DNA from: Prorocentrum cordatum
Lineage: Eukaryota
Direction: 5' to 3'
NCBI GenBank assembly: GCA_963575745.1
Contig: CAUYUJ010000329.1
Span: 62,001 to 115,293 of the forward strand
DNA: 53,293 bases
Part shown: piece by piece, positions 10,840-19,978 of the stretch
Numbering within the stretch: the stretch's first letter is position 1
Layout: every line of letters begins with the position of its first letter
Program-made: the position numbers and the translations under genes
Notes under the pieces: model-generated
What the model saw: the letters and a program-made list of their open reading frames with translations, nothing else
What the model was told of the DNA's origin: nothing
The model's database searches: none

Positions 10840-11400
10840 GGGGGGCTTCATTGAAGCCCTGGAAAGCATCTTGGGGCCATTGTGAGGGCGTCGATCAAAC
10901 GAGGGAAGGTCTTAAATGTCCTTCACCCCTTTGGGACCATCGAGATCGCTTCTCGGGGCCCTCTTGGGGCACTCTTGGACGCTCTTGGGCGCTCTTGAGG
11001 CAGTTTTGGGGGCATGTAAGGCCCCTCCTGGGTTTTTCTTGGGACCATCTTGAGGCTTCTGACGCCCCTTCGGAAGCGAAAAACGATATGGCAACATTCG
11101 TGGGATTGCAATGTAGTTGTTGCAGGATGTTTTTTGCGTGGAAGGGGTCCTTGGAGGGCTCCAAGGACACTCCGAAATTCTATTGTGTTTCTCTGGGGTT
11201 CGTGGAGGCATGACGGAGGCCATTTTGAAACATTTTTGTTTTTTTTTGAACCAGCTTGGAGGCTATCTTGGAGCATGGAAAGAAAACCCTCTTGGAGCCA
11301 TCTTGGGCCCTCAGACACATCTCGGGGGGGGAGGGGGCGAAAAACCTTTGGGAGGGGCGGGGCACGGTACCCCTACCCGAAGGGAACAAGGGCTTCGGAA
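10840..11400. repeat. Dispersed low-complexity repeat family built from CTCTTGGGG/GGGGCC units (also about 37040-37380, 41770-42400 and 52900-53280)
   Basis: The same CTTGGGGC/CCATCTTGG words recur in four separate regions; no coherent ORF. Confidence 0.6.
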
Positions 11401-11461
11401 CAGGAAAAGACGATTGCTCTCGACCACTTTAAGCCCAGATGTCTGGTGCGATTCAGAACGC

Positions 11462-12000
11462 TTATCTGTCAGCTTCGAGGAACACGCCAGATGTCGCAGC
11501 AACTCTAACTTGTCTGAGCGTATGCAAACTGGGCAGTGCCTGGACGTCATATCCCCATTCGTGTGAACGACTGGTTGTTGCACATGAGCAGGTGAGCATT
11601 TGTTGATAACGCTTGCGTATCTTACTGTTGCGAGAACTCGAGGAATTCCAACAGCCCCTCGGAGGATCCACGCAAACGCCTCGCTGTGATATATCCAGAG
11701 CGCGTTCGTCCTCGTTACCCCGAAAAACTTCTATAGTCATGCTGGTGCCAGTGTGCTCTTCACATAGGTCGTCCATGAACCACGTAGCCACTTGACAGTG
11801 CGGCGTGTCTGCAATAATTCGAGGATCACCAATGAATCTGGTAGAGTGGCCTGGCCCCTGAACTGCCCATTTTAGCTCTAACCGTCCGTTGCGCACATCC
11901 TCAACACAGGGCCGCGAGCACGGACCTCCGGTGAGCCTTTCCGAGGGAATTCCAAAGTAGTTAGGACTAGAGCGGATCACTTTGACAAATCAGCTCCACG
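11462..12000 (-). pseudogene. Decayed non-LTR reverse transcriptase fragment
   Basis: Minus strand gives RT-like motifs in order across frames: ADLSK* (DLxKxF), FGIP, GGP, WAVQGPGHST (GxxQG..S), WFMDDL (YxDD), LDIS, WGYD (LGxD). Confidence 0.45.
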
Positions 12001-12129
12001 GCTGATGAGACCAAGAAGGCCTGCATATTACTAGCGAAGGCGCCGAATCTCCAGCCGGGGCCATCCCACCCTTGTCGCAAGTCGTGGCTCACAGCGATCA
12101 GAGGTGTGGGTCCCCTCCTCCCTCCCGAG

Positions 12130-12220
12130 GTGCCGTTCTACATACAGAAGACGAACATCATGTTCGGGGAGCTGGTGACGGCCGCCCTGATGGCAAAGTT
12201 CGTGTCCCTGGGCCGCGGAG
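12130..12220 (+). CDS. Exon of an SLC35A-like nucleotide-sugar transporter (VPFYIQKTNIMFGELVTAALMAKFVSLGRG)
   Basis: CCCGAG|GTG acceptor and GGAG|GCGAGG GC donor; GC-ending codons; PFYIQK corresponds to the SxWxxN loop motif of SLC35A; joins the next exon in phase 1. Confidence 0.7.
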
Positions 12221-13340
12221 GCGAGGAGGAGGAGGAGGAGGAAGAGGAGGAGGAGGAGCAGGAAACGGGAGTGGGTGGGGGGAAGGAGGGGAGGACGAGG
12301 AGAAGCAGCAGCAGGGACAGAGGAGGAGGAGGACGAGGAGGAGAAGGAGGAGGAGGAGGAGCTTTTTTGTCCCCAGCTCTCCTGTGGAGCTTGGTCCGCG
12401 GTTTGTCTTCGCCGTGCCGCGCGTCTCCCCCCCGCCCCTCTCCCGCTCCTGCCGATGCTGCTGCGCTGCCTGGCGCAATGCTGCTGCCACTCCGCCGCTG
12501 CTGCTTCTCGCGTGCCCATCACGGATCCTGCCCTACAGGGGGCTCCACTTCTGCGGCCCCAGCAGGGGCGCTCCCACAGCGTCCGTCCCCAGACCCGTGG
12601 CCTGGCGCACCCCTCCCACGGATATCGTGCCCCACGGGCAGCTCCATCGATGGCCCCCGAGGGAGTGCGCTTCTCTCGCGCCCCGCCCCGCCCACTCGGG
12701 CACGCCGCTCACACGCACCGCGCCCCATGGGCGGCTCCAGCTACTGTTCCGGCGGCGCGCGGGGGGTATCGCGCAGCACCTCCCCGCCCGTCGAGGCACA
12801 CCCGACGGACCGTGTCCCACAGCGAGCTCACAGCTTCAGTGGGGGAGCGCGCGTGGCGTCGCAGTGCCCGTTCGATGCGTTTCGGCACGCCGTCGGCGCA
12901 GACGTGCCCCGACGAGGGGTCTCCGGCTCCCTCCCTCCCGCGGCGCGAGGGTCTTCCGGGCGGGCCGCCTAGACGGAGCAGATTGTTTGCTCGGCTTGGC
13001 CCCAGCTCCAGCTGGTGCGTCGCCGCCCTCGCGCGGAATCGCCTCGCCCGCACGCACATCACACAGCGAAGCCGAATTCGATCTCCCGCTCGAGGCCACG
13101 GGGCTTTCACCACCCCCGTCCTTCGACCGCCGCCGCGTCCTCTCCTGGTCCTGCTCCTGCTCCTGCCACTGATGGTCCTCCCCTTTCCTCCGCCACCTCT
13201 TGCTCGCCCCTTTTGTTCATCATGTCGTCGCTCCTCCTCTCCCTGGCTTTCTCGCGTCTCTTCTCCCTCGCCACTAAAACATAGGAAAACCTGCCCCCAA
13301 ACAACACTTCCTATCCTCGCCTTCTTCTGGGCCGCAAAAG

Positions 13341-13375
13341 GCGAAGACACGTGCTCCTGGGATCAGATGCACCTG
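13341..13375 (+). CDS. Micro-exon of the same transporter (GEDTCSWDQMHL)
   Basis: AAAAG|GC acceptor in phase with the previous exon and CTG|GTCGGC donor; the exact 3' boundary is uncertain. Confidence 0.55.
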
Positions 13376-14242
13376 GTCGGCGCCACCTCCGCCGACCACT
13401 TGAGAGAGGGAGGAGGAAAGGAGAAGTAGGTGGATCGGGGGGAAGGAAGGGGAGTGAGACGAGGAGGATGAGAATGAGGAGGAGGAAGAGGAGGAGGAGG
13501 AGGAGGAGGAGGAGGAGGGAGGGAGGAGGGAGGGAGGGAGGGAAGGAAGGAGGGAGGGAGGGCTTTTTTTTTGACTGTACTAGGCTCGTTGCAAGTTAGC
13601 TTGAGCGCAGCGGCCAACAGGACTGGCACAGGCTGCACACGAGAAGCCCGAGAGCATGGACGCTGAGCTGCTTCCGCTCTCGTCCCGAAAACTGTCGGGA
13701 GAGAGGTATTGGCGCTGCGGGAGGGGAGAAGAGGGATCATATAGGAGAGAGGAGGAGTTTGCAGCGCCGTGCGAAGAGAGACATCAGCGGGGCCCTGCTT
13801 CGTTGCCCATAGCAGGGCAGCCCTCGAGGCAGAGAGCAGTGCAGGGCTAGAAAAGAAGTATCTGGCCTGGGAATGCCTACCCAAATTAAGTAGACTGTGC
13901 GGAGAGAGAAGGAGCTGGACGGAGGGCCAAAATGGCCGTGGGCGGTCGAACCGCCTTGTTGCTGCTGAGCAGCACATTGGGGGAGGGAGGAGGCTTGATA
14001 GAGAGAGGGACAGAATGGCATTGCCGTGCTGCAGGGCGGACGCTGCAGCTGAAAGGCCTGTACGGGCCGGCCGCGGCGGGGAGGTGGGTGTGCCTGGGCG
14101 CTAGCCGAGACCAGACAGCAGAGACCCACCTCCGTGTGGCCCCTCACAGGCACACAGGGACCAAGGGGACCCTGCTACACCTGGACGAGGGCCAAAGAGA
14201 CAAGCCAGGGCAAAGTGCCACGGTCCTCTCACGAGGCACTTG

Positions 14243-15070
14243 TGGCTAGGGCTGTCTAGGTAGTGAGCTGCCAAGGCGAACGAGTATTAGGCCTGCTCAC
14301 CACCTAGGAGACTCAGCCGTGGCGAGTCTGCGAATTGCTGTGTGAGCTTAGCCGATCGCTGTTTAGCGAGGCTGCTAAAATGTGCCGCATTGGCCGCACT
14401 CGTGCGGCAAAGTGAGAAGACGCGCCCAAGAATGGCAACTACTCTTGCACAGGCCCTCAAGGGGGGGCCGGTGGAAAAAAGAGTGACTAGGCGGGCTGCC
14501 GAGTGAAGTATTAAGCTGGCTCCGCCCCTGTGTGGCGCATTGGCGGTTGCACCATGGGCGCCCATCCCATGTTGAACAGAGATGGTGCCGACTGGCGCCG
14601 CAAGAGTTGCAGTGAGAGTGTGTACCTGAAGGACCCACTGCCGCGGACTGCATGTCGGCTCGGCCGACCTTAAATTGGAGACGCGGCGTCTCCTTGGTAG
14701 ATTTTGACTCGTGTGATGGCTAGGGCTGGATAGGTGGTGGGCTGCAGGTAAACCGGGATCCGAGCAATGTGCTAGCCCACCACCTATGCGTGAGGACTCA
14801 GCCGTGGCGAGTCTGCGAATTGAGATGTGTGAGCGGCGTTTAGCCGCCTCACTGTTAGCGGGGCTGCTCAAGGTTGCTGAGCCGCACTATGACGGGATAG
14901 GCTAGTGCTGCTAGGCTCGCGTGGCCTACAACTCAGCTATGCAGGACGGCTCGACCGACCTAGAATTGGAACGGCATGGCTCCAGCTGTTTAGGTGGTGG
15001 GCTGCCGAGGTAAGGAGAGAACGCAGGAAAGATGAATAAAGGGAAAGTATTAGGCGAGCCCACCACCTAA
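14243..15070. repeat. Three related hairpin modules in the LINE 3' region
   Basis: Inverted arms: 14256-14268/14295-14307, 14731-14743/14774-14786 and 14990-15003/15057-15070 (TAGGTGGTGGGCT..AGCCCACCACCTA). An identical 28-mer occurs at 14310-14337 and 14795-14822. Confidence 0.85.
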
Positions 15071-15151
15071 GTGGGAGCGCTGCTAGTTGCGCCGAGGTCG
15101 CTTAGGACGACCTAGAAGGGCGCTGATTGATGCAGCACTAATGTGGCTCGC

Positions 15152-15631
15152 TCAGGCACCGAAGGGCGACGGGTTGAGAGTGCGGGCGGCAGCCGAGAGC
15201 GCCGAGAGACCTGCCGCTGTCGCCGCCGCTCGCGCCTGGGCCTCTTGCGCGGCAGCCTGCTGCTGGTTGTAGTGGTCCCTCAGCATGGCCTCCACCTCTG
15301 CGATGGTCGCCAGGCCTGGGGTCTCGATCCACTCCCAGTCCCAGGTTTCGACGACCTGGCTGTCGATGACGTCCAGCGACTTGAGCTTCCAGACGAACGG
15401 GTAGAGCATGCCGTTGGGCATCTTCCACTCGCCAGGGCATGTGGAAGGCCACCACTTTTTGAACTCACGCGTGGCGGCCGTGTATTGGGAGCCCTGCCAT
15501 GCCGAACCAGCATACGTGTCTCCTGAGAGGCCGAAGAGCTCCCGCGTGTTGGGCGACGCCCTGCTGGCCTCGGCCGCGCCCGTCTCCGCCGCGGCCGCTG
15601 CGGAACCGCCCGCGGGAGGCATGGGCACCAT
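15152..15631 (-). CDS. Hypothetical LINE cargo protein (about 159 aa; Trp-rich globular core, Ala/Gln C-terminal helix)
   Basis: ORF 15152-15781 with a likely ATG at 15631; strong GC3 bias; sequence KKWWPSTCPGEWKMPNGMLYPFVWKLK..WDWEWIETPG is not low complexity. Confidence 0.55.
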   Translation of the reverse strand: MVPMPPAGGSAAAAAETGAAEASRASPNTRELFGLSGDTYAGSAWQGSQYTAATREFKKWWPSTCPGEWKMPNGMLYPFVWKLKSLDVIDSQVVETWDWEWIETPGLATIAEVEAMLRDHYNQQQAAAQEAQARAAATAAGLSALSAAARTLNPSPFGA

Positions 15632-15729
15632 GGCGGCGTGGGGCGCGCTGAGAGAAGGGGGGAGTGCATAGGGAACAAAAAGAAGTAGCCCATAAGCCAA
15701 CGGCCAAATATGAGTGAAACCTAGCTGGC

Positions 15730-16152
15730 CTATGCTTGCATCTGTGTGAGGAGGACCCTCCTGACGGGCCGATTGATGCATGCTTGGCCTGGTGCGGAGT
15801 CTATAGGGATGAGGATGTTACCGCTACGCATGTTGACCCGCAGAGAAAGGCCGGTGCGGTAGGGTATGCCCGTGCCAAATAGGATGGGCCGTGCATCCAT
15901 CTCCTGAAGAATGGGGAGGTGAAAAAAGCGCGGCCTTTCCGCAGTGGATGGCAGCCTGGTCTCCTGCCCATGGAATTGCTCCATTAGGGGCCCTACATTG
16001 ATGGGCAATGGGGACCAAAGCGGAATGTGGCCTGTCGTTATTACTACCATCCACTGCACTACTGTAGGCGGTGGTGGCACTGACTCAGTGGGGGCGCAGC
16101 GGTAGTCGCCGTGCTCGAACTGCGGCAGGTGCTGCGCCTCTGGGGTCGGCAT
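15730..16152 (-). CDS. Hypothetical LINE cargo protein (140 aa)
   Basis: ATG-initiated ORF starting 11 nt after the stop of the upstream ORF; hydrophobic beta-rich composition; no recognised family. Confidence 0.4.
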   Translation of the reverse strand: MPTPEAQHLPQFEHGDYRCAPTESVPPPPTVVQWMVVITTGHIPLWSPLPINVGPLMEQFHGQETRLPSTAERPRFFHLPILQEMDARPILFGTGIPYRTGLSLRVNMRSGNILIPIDSAPGQACINRPVRRVLLTQMQA

Positions 16153-16163
16153 GGCCTGAGGGA

Positions 16164-16856
16164 TTAGGGTTCGGGGAGACGGAGGATACGAGCGAGGTGG
16201 GACAACGGGAGGCAGAATGGCCGAACCATGATCATGGCCTGGAAATCTATAAGGATGGGGCTGCCAGCCGCTGCATCCTGCAAAAGACGATGAGGGCTGA
16301 GGGAGGACTGCTCCCAGGCCCCCGATTGGAGCAGGTCCAGAAAAAGCTGGTCCGGCACGTAAACAGAAACTAGCCCTATGGTGGGTGAGAAACGCGCATC
16401 ATAGGGGCCGTCCCCCGCAGCACATTGAGGGTAAATGTGGAGTAGGTTAGGGGAGTTGGCCTCGCGCCAGCGCCCATGCCAGCGCTCGAGTGTGCGATTA
16501 ACGGCCGTGGGCAAATCTAGGTGAAGCACAGGGCCCACGAAGGCGCGCGCGTGTGGCCATGCGGGCGGCCCGCTCTCGAGCTGCCATGTGGCTTGCCACT
16601 GGGGTACCGCATTATGCTGGTACACCGTGGCGGGAGACAGAATGAGTGCGCGGCGCCTCGCGCCGCCGCTGAGAAAGCGGTAGACTTGCTGGTGAGCCAA
16701 AAGAAACCGCTCAGCCAAATGCTTCCATAAGGAAGCCAAACGAGAGGCTGGTGGCGAGATGCTGCGCGGCTCTAATTGTTGCCCCGGGTACGCCTCAGCA
16801 GCGGGCATGTCCTCGTCTGCACCGGCGCTGCCCAGGATACTGGGCTCGCTCCTCAT
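16164..16856 (-). CDS. Hypothetical LINE cargo protein (230 aa)
   Basis: ATG overlaps the upstream stop as ATGA (16853-16856); globular-looking sequence; no recognised family. Confidence 0.45.
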   Translation of the reverse strand: MRSEPSILGSAGADEDMPAAEAYPGQQLEPRSISPPASRLASLWKHLAERFLLAHQQVYRFLSGGARRRALILSPATVYQHNAVPQWQATWQLESGPPAWPHARAFVGPVLHLDLPTAVNRTLERWHGRWREANSPNLLHIYPQCAAGDGPYDARFSPTIGLVSVYVPDQLFLDLLQSGAWEQSSLSPHRLLQDAAAGSPILIDFQAMIMVRPFCLPLSHLARILRLPEP

Positions 16857-18240
16857 GGCCTGAAGGGGATGAGGCGGAAAAGGGAGCTGGTAAGAGGAAA
16901 GAAGGAGAGGTTAGGCTGAGGCTGAGGGTTAGCTGCCTGGCAAATGCTAACGCCTGGCAGCATCACCTCCTTCATGAGGTTTACGCGGCCTCCTGGGCGA
17001 AAGACGCTGACCGCAATGCGAGAGGCTTTCGCCTTCTCGCAACTGCAGCCTGAGGCGCTCCCTGTGTATCCTGTCGATACGGAGCTGGTCCTGCCTATGC
17101 TCCTCTTTGAGCTGGGCAATTCTATTCTCGTGCTCCTTGAGAAATGAGCTGCGCTGCTCGTCCGCTGCTGCGGCTGACGCAGCTGCAGCTGCGACTGTAG
17201 GCGGCAGGCGCGGAGCTACCTGGGCAGCATGGTGAGACTTGCGAGCCTTATGGCGCCTTGGGGGAGGAGAGGCTGGAGGCGAGGCCGGGCCGTGGGAGTC
17301 CTGCGGGCTGCTTTGAACCTCTACTGGTTCTTGGCGCTGTGGCGCAGGCTGCTCGTCCGAGGCTGCATCAGACGCTTTGGCAGGCGAGCGTGAGCGCTGA
17401 GCTGCATGGGCCGCGCGGTGCGCCTTGGCCTTGCGAGCCCGATGGTGCCCAGGGGGAGGAGAGGCTGGAGGAGACGGCGGGCCGAGGGACTCCTGCGGGC
17501 TGCTTTGTGCCTCAGCAGGTTCCCTGCGTATCTGCGCTGGCTGCTTGAGCGCGCTTTTGCGCGGCTCGGTGCGTAAGCGCGAATTATAAGCCACCTTGGG
17601 GGGCTCGGCCATGAACTCGTCCGCAAATTGAGACCTGTTTGCGCTTGCGAGTTGCAGAGGCGCGGGGCGCAGCGGACTGTTCCGCCGGCTCTGGAGAGTC
17701 ATGCGGAGGAAATGGTGAGGAGGCAGAGGAATATGAGGCGTCGTCCACCTGATCCAGCCTTCTAGGCGATGCTGGGGGACTAGAAGCCCTGCTCGGCTGG
17801 CTCCTGTGCGGCGCAGCTTTTCGAGACTGTTTGCGAGGCTCGCGCAGGGGTGGAGGCGAGGTGCACGCTGAGAGGGGTGGAGAAAAAGGAGAGGCTGCCT
17901 GGCCTATCCAGCCTTCCGGAATGGCTGCTTTGGCAGGCACCCCGGGATGATCTGGGGGCGGCAAGGGAGGCAAGGCGGGCGGAGGTGGCGGAGGATGAAA
18001 AGTGGCCCCGTAAATGTGCCTGCCTCGACCCATGGGGGGGCCGCTGAAATCGCCAGGCGGCCGCGGGGGATCTGAGGCTGGTGGGGTGCTGGACAGAGAG
18101 CGCTGCACCGCTTCGGCTACCTGAGCGAATTGGGCAGGCGAAAGTAGGGGTGGAGGAGCTGAGGCGGACCGAAATTGGCCCGGTGGGGGATGCTTTGGCC
18201 TGGCTTCACGCGGCGCCAGCACCCATGGCCGTCTGGACAT
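16853..18240 (-). pseudogene. Frameshifted Pro/Ser-rich plus coiled-coil ORF downstream of the DNMT
   Basis: ORFs 17584-18240, 16947-17702 and 16853-17119 overlap in series. The ATG lies 10 nt after the DNMT stop. Internal duplicated peptide QSSPQ(E/D)S.GP.SPPASPPP..H.ARK. Confidence 0.45.
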
Positions 18241-18250
18241 GAGACGCCAG

Positions 18251-19978
18251 CTAAGTGTCGAAGATGTCGGCGTTGAAGTCCTGCGGGGCGGGCGAAGCAG
18301 GGTGCCGCATGTGAGAGAGGGAAATGCCCGTGAGCGGGACGGGTCGTGCCGCTTGCCGGGAACGCTCGGCCCTGATTTGTCTGGCCCGTCCCCTATTGCA
18401 CTGGATGCGCCTTTTCTGATCCAGAGTTAGGGAGGGCGGGGGTGGCGGCGGAGGGGGGGTGGAGGGAAAAATGGGGGCTGCGCCCAAAAAGTGCATGGCC
18501 TCTTGTTCCGCTTCCGAGTCCTGATCGGCGGGATCAGGCTGCTCGTGAGCGTCTAAGGGGAGGTCGCTATGGCGCCGCGGCTCGCGGGGCCTGGAGAGAG
18601 CCAAAAGCCTGCGGAAGCGGTCCAGCTCCCCATCTACTTTGGCACGGGTGCGAGGGGCGGAGGGATCAACAAAGTCGGGGCCTAGCCAAAAGTCGCTGGT
18701 CATGGAAGCGGAGAAGCGGATGAGGGGAGCCAGAACCGAGGGGTCCGACTGGGGAAGAGGATCCTGTGGGTCGTCAACAAATGGTAAAATGACGTCCTGG
18801 TATATAGCCTGGGCGAGACATTCGTAAAGGGCAGAAGGATAGGTCTTTTTGTCAGCAGTGAAAAAGCGGTCATTCTCGTCCTTACCTAGAAGTGTGCGAT
18901 GTGACCCCCGTGGGTGCGTGCACTTGGTCCCTTGGGGACGGTTAGTAAGGAGCTCTGGGAGCGAGGGAAGGCGGAGCGATAGCAAGCGCGTGGGGGCTTT
19001 GCCGAATTCGTTAGGAGGGCGGCAAGACGGCTGGAACATGCACTGGTCGATGTCCGTGGTGCGGACCGCCGGTGCAGCAGCCAGGGCCATTAAAGGCCTC
19101 CATATCCAGCTAGGCTGCGCCCTGGGTTCCCAGTGGGCAGGGCATGGATGTTCCATCCATGCCGAGGTACCCATTTCCAAATGAGCGGCAAAGAGGAGAA
19201 TCAATGAAGCGAGTAGCAAGTTGGCTATCTGCAATTGGCGGGATTGCTTGGGCGTTGCGTTGGGGATGCCCCAGTAGTGCTCGGTAGTGCGTAGCGGCGG
19301 TGGTCCGTTGGGCTTCCAGCGGGCCGCGCAAAAGGTTTCGCACGGCGGGCCCCCACCTGAAACAACCACTCTGCCGGCATAAATATGTTGTTGCCAGAGC
19401 TTAATGGTCTCCGACTTGGTGAGATCGCCTGAGTCGGGGTCGATAGCAATATCGACCGACAGTATATGTACCTCTATCGAGGGGTCAGGCGTGAATGATT
19501 CCAGGTGATGCTGGATATCCCCTTCGCGCCTGCGGCCAGAGAAAAGATTGAGGATGAAAATTTCCTTGCGCCTTATACGGGCTGGAATTTCTCTGGTCGC
19601 TAGACCAGAATAATCCTTCGGTTGAAATGGCCATTCAGGCAGCGCAGGAAGAGGAGGAGGTAGTGGCGGAGGAACATCGGCGGGAAAAAGTAAAGAGACG
19701 GCATCAGAGTCCAGCGCGTAATCTGTAACCGCCATTATGGCGCGAGCGTCCGCTTGCGACAAGTGTTTGGCAAAGTCACGAAAGTGCTGTGTGGTAGCAC
19801 GCTTGGCACGATGTGCCGGTAATGCCACACGCCAGCGACCTACGCCTGACTTAACTTGTAGCTTGGCATTTTCGCAGCGTTGCATAGCAAGCGCTGCGAT
19901 TTGCTCTTGGGGAAGGCGTTGGGAATGGCACAGGAGGTAGAGAGCACATATGAAGGAGTCGAAACAGAGGTGCTGCAA
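18251..19978 (-). CDS. C5 cytosine DNA methyltransferase-like domain; C-terminus of LINE ORF2 (separated by a frameshift near 19980)
   Basis: Ordered DNMT motifs: ILNLFSGRRREGD (I), LSVDI (II), GDLT (III), GGGPPCETF (IV, catalytic PC, about 19340), WMEHP (VI), DQCMF..KAPTRLL (VIII), KTYPSAL (X). Confidence 0.85.
   Translation of the reverse strand: MQHLCFDSFICALYLLCHSQRLPQEQIAALAMQRCENAKLQVKSGVGRWRVALPAHRAKRATTQHFRDFAKHLSQADARAIMAVTDYALDSDAVSLLFPADVPPPLPPPLPALPEWPFQPKDYSGLATREIPARIRRKEIFILNLFSGRRREGDIQHHLESFTPDPSIEVHILSVDIAIDPDSGDLTKSETIKLWQQHIYAGRVVVSGGGPPCETFCAARWKPNGPPPLRTTEHYWGIPNATPKQSRQLQIANLLLASLILLFAAHLEMGTSAWMEHPCPAHWEPRAQPSWIWRPLMALAAAPAVRTTDIDQCMFQPSCRPPNEFGKAPTRLLSLRLPSLPELLTNRPQGTKCTHPRGSHRTLLGKDENDRFFTADKKTYPSALYECLAQAIYQDVILPFVDDPQDPLPQSDPSVLAPLIRFSASMTSDFWLGPDFVDPSAPRTRAKVDGELDRFRRLLALSRPREPRRHSDLPLDAHEQPDPADQDSEAEQEAMHFLGAAPIFPSTPPPPPPPPSLTLDQKRRIQCNRGRARQIRAERSRQAARPVPLTGISLSHMRHPASPAPQDFNADIFDT

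Noticed and set aside
14256..14340. Hammerhead, HDV or twister ribozyme in the LINE 3' hairpins
   Set aside because: The conserved cores (such as CUGANGA...GAAA) were not found on either strand by eye.
15690..15710. Degenerate SL relic (GCCGTTGGCTTATG on minus) upstream of the last cargo ORF
   Set aside because: Needs a gap and several mismatches; too weak to call.
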